Source: Trichosphaerium sp. ATCC 40318 (taxonomy: Eukaryota > Protista > Tubulinea). From it: a stretch of DNA of 64,000 bases. The notes beneath the pieces were generated by a model. That model saw nothing but the letters and a program-made list of their open reading frames with translations. It searched no databases and was not told where the DNA came from. Below are positions 27,250-39,754 of this stretch, piece after piece (the stretch's first letter is position 1; every line of letters begins with the position of its first letter). The stretch covers positions 434,001 to 498,000 of the forward strand of contig JALMLS010000216.1 in the NCBI GenBank assembly GCA_038496445.1. The letters run 5' to 3'. The position numbers were made by a program, and so were the translations under genes.

Positions 27250-28817
27250 ATGACTGTAGTTGTAGCTCCAATGTACCAGAATTTGACTAACCTAGTAACA
27301 GCCATAAGAACACAGGTACGGAAATAAAAATCTTGTTTTTTTGTTTTTGGTCCTATTGTGGGTTTTTTATTTTTTGACCTTTTTGTTATTCTAGTTTAAA
27401 GTTTGGGCGCCCATACCTCTACCGCCATTCAATCCATGCCTCAGCACAATGAAAGTCACCGACCCATCAATAGTAAGCATGTTCCTTGAATTCAATAATA
27501 GAGAATATAAAGAACAGGAAGCGAAAGATAAACTGTTGATGTACGTTCTCCTTCAATATTTTTTTGCAGTTTTTTTTCAAGTTTCAGTTTGGCCGGTTCT
27601 GTCTTCTGTAAGGCTCGGTTTATAAAACCCTAAATTTGTCCAGAACGTCACTTTAGTAACGCTTATGGTAATAATCTTCCATCATCAGGAAAATATCTCG
27701 CATAACCTTCTTTGTGTGATTTGACATTTTTGCTTCTTCCTTTGTTCTATGAACAATAAAATAAAAAAAACTTTGTTCGCTCTTCTCCTGACTCCTATTT
27801 CAGGCTTCATCGCGCTTGCTGCGAATCAGAAATAGAATATCCCCGTGGAATTATATCTCCTAAACCTCGTAAGGTCCGTGTGGTGTACAAAACCGGAGAC
27901 GAAAAAAAAAACGATAGTACTAACCTCTTGTTTACAGCGGTCACGTGAAGATTTTGAACTTCAAACTTCGACTGAAGAGACAGTGTATGGTTCCGACTGC
28001 GAAGATAAGATAAACTGCTTGTCCTTTTCTGACAGCGACGACTATTCACCTGAAGAATATAAGTACGTTATCCGTAATAATACGTAAAAAACTATAGTTG
28101 TTTGTTTTTTTTTTAGTTTTTTCTCATTCTTACCTCATTGTATAGTAGCGACACTGACGATAGCACACATTTAATGAGACCATCAAAGGCACTCAGACGA
28201 GAAGGTATAACTCGCGTTCAAAAAAAAAAAATCTGCAATTCTACTTTTTACCAACCGCCAAAAAAAAATCACGTGCGGAAAAAAAAAAAGAGAAATATGC
28301 CGCCCTCTCACTGTTTTCCTTTTTTAAATTCATCTGTAAACTATAGTGACTTACCTCCGTTCGTTTTAGGCATGTCCTGCATAACAAGTCCGGTGCGATC
28401 TGAAATGGACTTTCCAGAGAGTATGTCTTTAAAACAACATCGCCGAATTGCCAAGTGTCGAAAGAGGCGTACTGTTACAACAGAAGAGGAACGCGATTAC
28501 CTCGAGAGAATGTACACAGCCAATCCGTACCCTAGTAGAGAGCAATATGATGAGATTAGAAAGCATTTGAACTGGAAGAGCAGTAAGCGCGTTACAAAGG
28601 TATGTTGCTTTTAATAATCCGTACCTATGTATTTTTTATTTTCATTTTGTGTCTCTTTCGTTATTGTTCGCTGTATAGCTGCTATATTCGTCATTCAGCT
28701 AATTTATTTTTGGATTATAACTAGTACCTGTTTGGGTTTTACCTTCTTATACTGTTTGTCTAGTGGTTTAACAACAAACGTTATAATACAAAAGTTAGAC
28801 TGGTCACAAGTGTATGA
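27250..28817 (+). CDS. Homeobox transcription factor (non-TALE)
   Basis: Spliced homeodomain RKRRTVTTEEERDYLERMYTANPYPSREQYDEIRKHLNWKSSKRVTK|WFNNKRYN. Upstream exons splice in frame from ATG 27250. Confidence 0.85.
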
Positions 28818-29082
28818 TTAGAGACAAGAGACGACTGGCAGCCCTACGGTTGATGTTATTTAAATATGTATGAAAGAGTACTCGGATGTAAATATGTGGG
28901 TTGTAAATAAACTATGAATTGATTAAAATAGATAAGTGGTCAGTACCCATCCATGTTAATTAAGAGGTGATCAAATCTTTTCCGAACAAAAAAAAGAAAC
29001 AAGACCTAGCGTTGACCAAAGAGGAACCAAAAAAAATTTGATTGAAAAAAAATACTGAAAAAACAGGTGAGTACCTATTCAA

Positions 29083-29657
29083 ATGGAACCTGAGCGTCGT
29101 ATACGTTCATCATCTAGAAGAAGACCAGAGTCTGGTACAAAACGAAATGTATTGGGTTAAAATAATTTAAAAATGTCAAGTTCTGGGGGAGTGGGGCGCT
29201 TCGGACTTGCAAGCGCTTAAGCGTCAACGTAGAAAGTTGAATAGAGAAAATGTTATCCTAAAAGAAGAATACGCCAGGCTAAAGGCAGAAGGAGAATCAC
29301 TGGAGCGCAGGTTGAATAGAAAGGCGCAACATCTAAAAGAGGTGTGAAGTTTTGTTTTATCTTGGATAAAACCACGTGATTGACAGCTCTATGAGCTTGA
29401 GGATCTTAGAGATCAATCACAGAGCCTACGACAGGAGCAAATGCACATGGTTGCTACAGCTAATAGACTAAAAGAGCAGCAAAAGATGCTAAAGCGAGGT
29501 GCGTTGCGAACTCTTGCGTATTAAAACCGAATGAACAATCACATGCGTTTTTCATTTACAAACGTGATTTTATGGAATAATTAATAATCCAATGATAGAG
29601 ATAAAGGTTAAACAAGAGTGGTTGAAACGACGTAATGTATCTGCAAACGTGAATTGA
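29083..29657 (+). CDS. Small basic coiled-coil protein (bZIP-like)
   Basis: Four exons splice in frame: ..LQALKRQRRKLNRENVILKEEYARLKAEGESLERRLNRKAQHLKE|LYELEDLRDQSQSLRQEQ.. with heptad leucines. Missed by the ORF track. Confidence 0.65.
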
Positions 29658-30218
29658 AAAAAAAACCGAACAAAAAAAAAGTACTTCGATCCAAAGAAGT
29701 TGTACTTCTCCTTTTTTCCTCTATCACAAAACACCCAAACCTCCATTTTGTGATGTTCCGCGCTGAGATTGGTGTGGTTAGAGTCAGTAGGTTTTTAATA
29801 AAAACCCATCAAACACTCCCATTTCAGTGACTAATCTTTGACAGTACATTGCGAGATTTCACGCCAACAATTCACTAGCGAAACCCTTTAATTTTTACTA
29901 GCGGATGGATGAGAAGATGTACCGGAAAGGCATTTGTACATAACTTCGCCGCTTAGCGAGTATTTTTTTGCTTCCGTTCTTTTACTGCCAGAAGATAACA
30001 GACACTAGTGAGGGCAAGCGTAAGTACCACACGAATTGACAATTATTTAACCTGAGTCCGAAATTTCGCTTCTTTGACCAAAAAGAACAGTGTAAGTTTC
30101 CCTTTACACTTATATTCAGCTTGGTCACAGTATAAATCGTAGCTTGCTTTACTTGAGCACGTGATAAGAAAGCCGTCAAGCCTGTTCTAAATTAATTGTT
30201 GTCTTTTGTCATACGTAC

Positions 30219-31733
30219 ATGGAGGTCGAAGTTATTGGCGGCCTTGGCCGTAAATTGAACGTAGCAATAGACTCTGACTCAGAAAGCGACGAACAAGCAC
30301 TAACAAATGGAGTTAAAGATGAAACGTCTTTACAGGATCAAAAAGAGCTTGAATTGGAGAAAGAGATGACAGTGCGTTAACTTACAACGTATTATTCGCG
30401 TATCTAAGTGCTTCAAGTTAAAAGAGCAACAATGGCTTCTAAACTACGAATTCTTGTCCAATCTCAAGGAAATACGCACTATTATATACGTAGGTACAAT
30501 TTAACGCTTTTTTGGGGTTAACAAGTACAGGATTGCATGAGGTTTATCACACGCTCTGGGATAAAAGGAAAACACCCGGAGGAAGAAGATGAATCATGTT
30601 CGTTCAACTTTTCTGTAGAACTACTCTTATAATTTACCCAGCGCATCTATTTGAGCTAGAAGACTCAAGAATAGTATCATTTAAATCAGATAATGGTGTT
30701 TTAAGTGGTTTCGTGTCAATGGAAGGATTTAATATTGTAGAGGCGGTACGAATGACTAATTCCACTTCCAATTCGCTCTATTGACTCATAAACACATAGG
30801 AAGTAAATGTAAAATTTCCTAAACGCAAGAAAGGCGACTTTTCAACGATGATTGACCGCGCAGCTGCGTGGAGAATGACCCAGGTATGCCAAAAAATTAT
30901 TCTGTCCATTAACGTTTGAGTAAATGTCAAAAAAATTAAATCTCTTTTGTTTTAGATTTCTAACGCCTATCACATACTATATGAGGTTCTAGAAGACCTA
31001 GATGATGTAATAAAATTATCTCAAGTACCTAGAACTATTGAACAAGCGACACAGGTACGTACACGCAGTGTACATATAGATATTTAAAGTCTTTTTATTT
31101 TTTGGTTTATTTTTTTGACACATTGTTATTAGATTCTTCATAAAGTGGCTTCAGCTTTAAGTGCAGCTCAGTCAGAGCTTTTGATAGCACCTAGGTTACG
31201 CCAACCTAGGTCATTGTCATCTTCACAAAAGAGAGTACGTCATCTTTAGACATGTATGAATCAAAGAAACTCACTCATTTATTATTTCTTTTTAGTTTTT
31301 TCCAAAGCTGCCAAAGGATCTTGTTATTGAATTTGGTATTTCGCATAATGAACTGGTTGTTAGTGCGGTTTCTTTGCAACAAATCAAAGGGAAGAGACCT
31401 CCTGGAAAAGTAGCTGCGTTGTACGTTTTATTTTTTGTTGAAATCGAAAAGTTTTTTTTTGAATGAACTCAAAAGGCAACAGCGTTACTCTGTTTTTTTG
31501 TATGTTTACGCGTACTACGCGAGTAGCGTTGTTTTGTTTTTTTTTTGTTGTGAAAATACGCATCACGCTAATGTTGTTTTTGCTTTAGTACTGATGGTGA
31601 AAAATCGTACGAGTATCAAGAGAAGGCTAAAGTTAGGATAAACGCCAAAAAACTTAATTCAATTTTTTACCTTATAGAACAAGCTGAGGTTCTTTGTTCT
31701 GTGCTATCACATCAATTTGAATCATTACAGTAA
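30219..31733 (+). CDS. ROGDI: Rogdi/Rav2 family (RAVE/Rabconnectin-3 subunit); 3' end uncertain
   Basis: EQQWLL..L..I; LSGFVSMEGFNIVEA|EVNVKF; WRMTQ|ISNA; FFPKLPKDLVIEFGISHNELVV. Confidence 0.72.
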
Positions 31734-32053
31734 TAATTACGCAACATTAGATCAATGTACATAAGAGAAAACAAAATAAAAAGTCAGAAACAATAACTTT
31801 TGGATAGAACATTGCATGTTCAAGTACTTCCGTAGCATTTTATGTCGTTTTGCATGTCGTGGCCGTTTTTGGCGTAAGACAGCCTCGTTTTTGGAGTTGT
31901 GCGCTTTCCGGCCTTATATATTGCGTTCATTTAGCGTCATAGAACCTCTCCGGACTTTTTACTTAGTGCATATTACCATGGTGCACATTTGTCCCAAAAC
32001 TTCATCTCAACTCAAAATTTACCACCAACGGAGCCTGTCATTTCAATGCAGAG

Positions 32054-35050
32054 ATGAGTACGATTATGTTTTTAGTAATAAAATGGATAGTAGAGACCAG
32101 GATGAAGTTTTGTGTTATCGTCTCGCTTATTTAATTTTAGGCTCTTGTATTATCACGTATAAATACGGTTTTGTTATAGACACGTGATAATAGCTAAAAC
32201 GGAGCCTTTTTTTTTAGTACTCTTTGAATAATTTTCTTTTTTTTTTTGGCACATATATTCATAACTTTGATCTAGCGCATATTGAATACCCTACACAAGA
32301 TGATCTAGATAGTTTTACATCCTCAGATGAAGAAATCGATAACGCAGAATATGTTGACCCAGAAGAAGAAAGACGAAGGGTACATTAGAAGACTTAGATG
32401 CTTTTATTTTCATATAAATTGTTTTGTTTTTTTGCTCAGGTGATGATGAACTGTTTAGGAAGAAGAGCGTTTAAATAAATCAGCACAAGACTTACAAAGG
32501 TTATGGCGTGGTTACTTGGCAAGACAAGAAAGAGAAGAGCTTGAAAAAACAAAATATGTAGATAAATTAAAAGGACCAGCATCGAAACCTCTTAATCACG
32601 TGAGTATCGAGTTTTTTATTTTTATTTTTGTCTTTTGTTGTTTTTTTTTTTTGTTATTCTTGCTTTAGCTAACTATTTTTTTTGAAAATAGATACGCCGT
32701 GCACGTGGACCTAGGGGTAGACGACCACCAAGGAACCGAAAACCGCCTCAAGTGCGCACTAAGCGAAGTATCACAGCAGCAGAATTATTAATAAATAACC
32801 TAGGTTAAAACTATCGAAAAACCAACAGAACGCGCTCCACTTACAGCTGCTGGCAAGAGGGCTGCTGAAAGCGGTCCGTCAGAAGAGTCTTCGGGTGATG
32901 CTGCGCCTAGAAGGAGAATGCCAATGGGTGCAGGCATGGGAATGATGGGTACAAAACATGAGAATTTTCTGTGTTGTTTTTCTTGACCTGCAAAGTGCAG
33001 AGCTCGGTCGTTTGTAAGTGTGAACGCCCTTTTAAATTGATGTAGGTGGCATTGGACTTGGTGGTATGAAGATGGCAGATCTTAGAGCAGGTTTAAAAAA
33101 GAAACAAGCTGTTCCCAAAGCCACACCCAAATCACAACCAAAAAAGGCTGCAGCGCCTTTTGTTTTCAATTTAAAGTCTGTAAAAGCACCTGACGTTAAA
33201 AAGAGATCACAATCAGTTGCACCTAAGAAGATGGGAAAACCAAAACTCATGGTGGTGCGTCACAAGACGGACAAAAAGTAGTTTTATCTTGACTTCTAAA
33301 ATCTTCGCTTTTCTTTTTTCCCAACTCCTTGGATCAAGCAAAATACCTTGCTACTACTAGAACACAACTCAAAGTATTATCTCGGAGTATTGGAAAAAAG
33401 AAAAGAAATGATAATGAATAGTTCTTGTCGAAACAAAAAAAACACGTGATAATTTTTTTTCTTATTCCATTTCTTTTTTTAGAATCGTGTTAAGCCTCAC
33501 AGAGCGGATTCATTACCGCCAACACCACAAAGAAACAAAGAGCCTAAAAAAGTCATTAATCCATTCGTATCAAAAACTACTCCAATAGCCAAGTCTGTTT
33601 CTGTACCAGCAAGAACAACTCCTATTGTAACACCACAAAAGAAGGAGGAGCCTCCAATTGAAGTTATTGGAGATAAAAAGATGAACGGTACCTCTGAACC
33701 ACCAAAACCAGCAAAAGCTACTCCAGGTACGTTTGCATTATCAATAGTACTATTAACATAGTAACAAAGGAAAATTAAAGCTTCCTTCACAATTCACAGC
33801 TCAACTGAGTGCCGGAAATCCATGGAAGTACGTACATTGTATTTTGTGTAGAAATGCTTGATTTACAGCAAATTCCGTCTTTACCAACTCATCATTATTT
33901 CTCACGAACGTGTTGAAAGCAGTTTTCTTTTCATTTCTCGAATCGACAAATTTATATGTTACTCACATATTTCGCTTTCCTTAGGAAAAACTCAGCTCCA
34001 GAGATGTCATCCACTTCAACACGCCCAGCACCACCGGTACCAAAGCTCAGCGAGTCGGCACCAGAACCTCCAGCCCGTAAATTACCACCAAGAAGACCTT
34101 CATTTAACTCAATGATGCCAAAAGGAAAAGCGCCTGCTAGAGTACATTCAGTTGGTCCTAGTAACCCTTCAAGCACACCACCAATGGGAATGGCACCACC
34201 TAAACGTCCACCAAAACATTTAGCATCAGGACCACCAGCACCTCCACCAGGAAGACCATCAGGAGGACCTCCAAAAATTGCTCCTCGAAAAAACACTCTT
34301 GCTGCACCAGGTCCACCACCATCAAGCCTAAGATCAAGTGCACCTGCACCAAGTTTAGCAAAATCATCAAGTAAGTTGAGAAGTTATATCAACTTCACGT
34401 TTGAGTTTTCTTCTTAACATTTTTTCTACTGTAGAGCAAGGATCTCTTGCTGAAAGAATGAAAGCTTTGGGAGGATTCAACCCACAAATGCTCACGCAGC
34501 CACCTCCTGGATTTGGCAAAGATGGAAGAAGAGCTACGATTTCAGGACATCAACCACTGCCACCACAACCTGCAGGAGGAGGACCACCACCGGCAAGGCC
34601 AGCAGGAGCACCGCCAACCAAAGCATACTCAAACAGTGCCGCTCCTCCGCCAAAGCAAAGCTTTAGTGTTACAAATCCATTTGCTCCTGGACCGTATGTT
34701 CAATATCGCATATAATGTCAACGTATTAATATGTTTGTTGTAGGCCAGCACCTTCAATGGAGCCTAATCCACCTTCTTCTCAAGTAAGTTGTGTTGATAT
34801 TTATGTTTGGAAAAAAAACTGACTTTGCCATTTTAGACGGATGATGTTTCTGATAAAACAGCGCCTAATGATGCGCATGCTGCTACTGAAGCACAACCTG
34901 TAAAGAAAAAGAAAAAGGGAAAGTACGTAAACCCTCAAAGACACTGTCTTCTAAAACCAAATTCTTATTTTATTCTCACTTTCAACATTTCTTATTAATC
35001 ACGTGCGTTCTAGAAATAAAAATATCAAAAAGAAGTGCTCTATTATGTGA
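32054..35050 (+). CDS. Proline-rich actin-regulatory scaffold with IQ, CPI-like and WH2-like motifs and a polybasic CaaX tail
   Basis: AQDLQRLWRGYLARQE (IQ); LNH|IRRARGPRGRRPP (CPI-like); MADLRAGLKKK; long Pro-rich region; KKKKKGK|NKNIKKKCSIM*. The start is inferred from a 4-nt first exon. Confidence 0.7.
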
Positions 35051-35399
35051 TTATTACGTTGGAAATAATGATGAGACAAGAGAATCACATGCAGGAGTCG
35101 GAGTCGGTTTGCTTTTTGTATATTAAAAAAATGTAACCATAACAAAAAAAACCATCGTACTTGTTTTACCGTTTTTACGGAAAGTAAACGTGCAAAATTT
35201 TAAAACTGTATGTCAACGAGGTCTTTTGGTGGTACAATATACATAGCTTAGCGCCTCCATAAGTACTAAGATATGCAAAGAGAAAATGACCATGTTTTTA
35301 ATCTCTATCTCACAACATCTTTATTTTACGACTATGGCTTTCGCTGAACAAAACCCTACTGTAAGTTTGAAACCATAGTGATTAAACGTGCGATATTAA

Positions 35400-36575
35400 C
35401 AAAACAATTTCCTTTACGGTAGCACGCCAATAGTTGTACACAGTGGTTGTACCCCAATAGCTTTTTTTTTTTTTGCGTTGCCGATTGGATAGAGTGTGTA
35501 GGCGTCAGTATAACTTGTAATGCAATACCAAACCGTGCCTTTAATTCTGGGGAATGTAGCGGTTGGGGTAGTATGTGCACGATTAATCGTGCGGATTACC
35601 AAGTATGTCTGTACAAAATAATGGATTATTTCTTTATCCCTATGTTGGATTTTGAAGTACCCCAATTTTGTGAAATTTCTGATACCCCAAGCATTGCATA
35701 AACCAATAATCATACCGTAAACTCATCAACTGCTGCAATGAACAATTATAATACAGAATTTTCAATGGATAAACAACCTATCAATGGTATTACTTTACCA
35801 AGTTAAAAGACTTACTGTTTAAACAAGATCAAACAAAACGTATAAATATCCTTCAACTATATACCTGTGCTCTAGAGCATTTTGGACAGTTATTTCATTA
35901 GCCATGTTATACGTACGTGCATGAAATATTGTCCAATTACTGTAGTTGTTTTTCCTCTTTTTGGGCGAGTTTAATGCATTTTAGCTACCTATCAAATACT
36001 CTTTGAGTTCAAATTCTGCTGTAATATCTTTTGTTACATTCCTCATTGTACGTATTTTGATTAACAATATCGTCGTTGACTGGGTTTTTGATCGACAGTG
36101 TTGCTGACTGCTTTTTAGTTTTCATGGACCTTTGTCATTATCCTTCTTAACATATGTCAAATCTGTGTTTGTGTTTACATACTAAGAACGCAGAAACAGT
36201 TCCACACATTCTCTGGAGTAATGCAAATTTGTTACTTGGTTCAATTTATTACTCTCTTATCTTTCGGAATACCTCATAGTTTGGCTTTTTCCCCTGTGGT
36301 AATAGTATTCATCATGATAGATGTTGGTTTTGTACTTGTAGAACTAATAGCTCTTATATGCGTTGAGGTTATTACAAGCAAGAAATGTATTTGTGTTGGT
36401 CTTCTTTGTTGTTGCTCAAAGTACTCATCATTAGAAGAAATAAATTAGTTCGCGACATAAATGGCTTTAGTTTTTGGACTTTCGGAGAAAAAGCAGACTC
36501 CAGTTTTAATATATGCTGTATTGAACTCGCACAATATCTTGTACACTTTCACTTAAAGGGCTCAAACAAGTAGAA
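35400..36575 (-). mobile_element. Possible degenerate non-LTR retrotransposon remnant
   Basis: Stop-riddled intronless coding-like DNA. MIIGLCNAWGIRN weakly resembles the start of an APE endonuclease (IxTWNVRG). Confidence 0.25.
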
Positions 36576-36581
36576 TCTAGC

Positions 36582-36723
36582 ATACATTGTAGTGTTGCGA
36601 ACTGTGAAGACATGCATCCTACAAGCAGTTTAATAGAGCAATGCAACAAGGTCATTGGCAACCGAGATTCAGGTCACTATACCCGTGACGCATGTCTTCA
36701 CAGTTCGCACCAGTACAATGTAT
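36582..36723. mobile_element. ~140-bp inverted-repeat element (MITE-like or hairpin RNA)
   Basis: 34-bp terminal inverted repeats with 2 mismatches (atacattgtagtgttgcgaactgtgaagacatgc ... gcatgtcttcacagttcgcaccagtacaatgtat). Can be read as TA|CATTG...CAATG|TA. Confidence 0.65.
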
Positions 36724-36857
36724 CATGAATGTAGTGACAGTACTTGACGTGAGACTAAAAAAAAATGAGGTATTAAACTGTATTTCAGCGATGCTCTCAA
36801 GTAAGTCCACACGTGTGGAATTTTGATAGTTTTTTCTTTAGCAATCGGACAAGAGGA

Positions 36858-39192
36858 ATGGGAAACTCTAAATCGAAGCGAAAAATCAAGAGCGCACCTC
36901 CTGAGCAAGATGAAAGCGAAAGCGAAGTGAAACTGTTGATTTTTGGTACAGATATGTTAAAACCAATCAAAACACGTAACATAGCATAGGGGCAAGCATG
37001 AATGGTAACGTGGGCTCATTTTAGCAAGTTTTATACGCTCACAGAAAAGTTTAGGCAAAGCAGTACTCACAATGCTGTTCAGACGCGGAAATTTGTCTGA
37101 TGGTGACCGTGACTCCTATAGTTATCACGGATTATCGTTCATTAAGAGTTTTTTGTATGATTTAACGGAATTACCCGATTATTCGATCTTAGACAGCGTA
37201 AACTACCGTAAAACAATATTAAACGATCCTAACACTAAAAATAGGAAACACAAGACAATGTCAAGTCGTTTCTTGATATTCCTGGCGACTGCTGGACACA
37301 ACCACACATTGACGCTTTAAAACAGTACTTTCTTTGAAAACACTCTCTTTTTCACATTTTCCTTTTTTTTTCACTGTTGATGGCCCTTACTATTAGGTTG
37401 AAAGATAATCAAGGCATGTTGACTAAAATATTCACTAGTGACTCTACAAGTATTTGGATGAGTCTCAGAGAAAATGTAAAAGCGTGAGTGTTGAAGCAAT
37501 TTATTATTTATTTGTTGAAAAATTATTAAAAAGCTTGTCTGTAGTGTGATGGAATCAGTTTGCTCTCAATCCGCTGATTCTTATGTTGTGAGTGATAAAG
37601 AACTTGTTAATATATATAGAGTCATTACAGGGGTGACACAAACAAAGTATGAAATGGATGGTATCAAATATAATATACTGGCTATTGGACGTAAGTTGAT
37701 GATTGAATTTTTTTTTGACATTGTTTTGGTTTCCGCTCATAATTCGACAGTGAAATTATTACATTCCCTTGCTTAAATTGAAAGATACAGGAACGCGCAC
37801 AAGAGGAAAAAAATGGATTCATTGCTTTGATGATGTTCACGGTGTATTCTTTTGTGCCTCTCTTGTTGGGTAACCTTTTTATTGCTATCAACACGTGTTT
37901 TTTATCTTACTTTTTCCAATCCATTTAGATACTTGTATACCCTCTATGAAGACGATCAAATATGTTGCTTTGAGGAATCGTGTGAATTATTAAAACATAT
38001 TGGAAATTCTATGTTTTTCATTAAAACTGCTATTGTCATCGTAATGACACAACTTGATGTTTTCGACGAAGAAATACAGAATCGTCCAGAAAAGTTCAAA
38101 GACTTCTTCCCTGACTATCAAGGTACGACTCTTCTTTAGATTCTGTTGTTTCACAATTTAAATATCTAACAATTTATGCTCAAGGTAGCATGAATGCATA
38201 CGATTGTGGCGTGCACATGGTTAATGTTATGTGTTCAAGATTGGAGGTAAACAGAGGTGTTATTCATGTTCTTTTTGCTTCATTGACAGAAGAGAACCCA
38301 AATCTTATTCCACATCTCTTGAGACAAATGCCATCGTTTTCCAAACAAACCATAGAAGATTATAGGTCACGTGCGTTTAACAAAACTGTACAGAAGAGTC
38401 TTTATAATTTTGTTTGGTAGCAACAACAATCCGTCCTTTCATGTTCCCTAAAAGATCATCAACATTGATATCAGACCTTAAAAAGTTGAGTCAAGAACAG
38501 TACTCCCAAATCAACATGAAAAATGATTTTATTTGCTCTCTACGTGATAAAGGTCCTCTTGATATCAAAACGCTTACTGATTCTCTCAAAACATTATTTG
38601 ATTCAAAAGAAAAGGATTTTACCATCATTTCAGGAAAAGAGAGTATTAAATGTCACAAGGTAAGCCTTCAACGTAGTACTACTATTAAAGTGTTATTGAC
38701 TGTCATTTTAAATAGGCTATACTGATGTGTAGGTCTTCATTCTTTGAAGGTGCTATTCTATCAAAAGAAATTGGATCAAACAGTGATGATGAAGATGAGA
38801 ACTCAAGTGTAACTGTTGCTGATGATCCTTCAATTGTCGAGATTTTTATTCAATTTGCATACCTCGATTGCATACCTCCTAACCTTGATTTGGCCACTTT
38901 ATTCAACATTTTCAAGTTTGCTGATAAATATTGTGTGGACTCTCTACAATCTCTTGTCATCTATGATGTGTTCAATCGTCCACTTGATCATCATCACATT
39001 GAAAGAATGCATGAATGGCTTGAATATGGATTACTAACATCCGACACTATTGCAGTTAATTGTATCAGTGCATGGTTCATTTGTCAAGAATCTCAATTAG
39101 TACAAGAGTTCTTTAAAAACAAAAAGGACACAGCATCAGCAAAGCAGCTCGTATCAACGTATTCAACTCTCTTGATGAAATCAAAGAAATGA
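36858..39192 (+). CDS. G-protein alpha-like domain fused to BTB/POZ (copy A, pseudo-GTPase)
   Basis: MGN myristoylation start; VKLLIFG|ASMNG|KAV; YVVSDKEL..RVITGV; KKWIHCFDDVHGVFFCASL; LYEDD..FEES.ELL; VMTQLD. Intron 38371-38420 joins it to the BTB (DFTIISGKESIKCHK|AILMCRSSFFE..IQFAY.D..ADKYCVDSL). Confidence 0.85.
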
Positions 39193-39754
39193 AACAACAA
39201 GGATCTGCACGATTTTATTTTTGTCTTGGTTCTCATTTAACAGACAATCGATAGCATTCGTCATGGCTCATTGTTTTTTTTCCAAGTACTTATTATGTTG
39301 CGTATCCATGGAGTTGATTGAAAAGGATATGATGGAACTAGTGCTTGGTAAAAAGTACCAATTTCTTCAAAGCATAGTTTTTACCTTTTCTTTTGTAGTA
39401 ACCAATTGATGCCAATGCAAGCGCTGGCAAAGTAACTGCATCGTTGCGTACTGGAACGAGTTTGATTACCAGTTACTTAAGGGTTCCTAAAAGAGCCAAA
39501 AAAGAGTTTTCAATTAAAATAAACATTATGTACAGCCACCGACGTAGATTGCATACCCCAGTGAGTACTTGAATACTTTGCCTTAGTACTTCGGCGCTAT
39601 TTTTTGTAATCTCTAAATCGCAGGTTTTCAAGATGGTTGTGAGCACAGGTAGCCCTGCAAGCTAGCTATCCTATTGTTTTACCCTTACTTTGTAGTGAGT
39701 TTTTTTTTGGTACACGTGTTTTATTATTATTTGTTTTGCAAGTAAAATTGTTAT

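Noticed and set aside
29083-29657. Maf/bZIP transcription factor call
   Set aside because: The basic region lacks the N-x7-R bZIP signature; kept only as a coiled-coil protein.
31731-31736. In-frame TAA TAA suggesting stop-codon reassignment
   Set aside because: Other genes end normally at TAA, TAG or TGA, and long exons contain no in-frame stops, so the standard code fits.
33952-34296. Gly-rich minus-strand ORFs
   Set aside because: Antisense shadows of proline-rich plus-strand exons.
38190-38725. Apparent frameshift/stop between the G-alpha and BTB ORFs
   Set aside because: Explained by a canonical GTGCGT...TAG intron (38371-38420) conserved in both copies.
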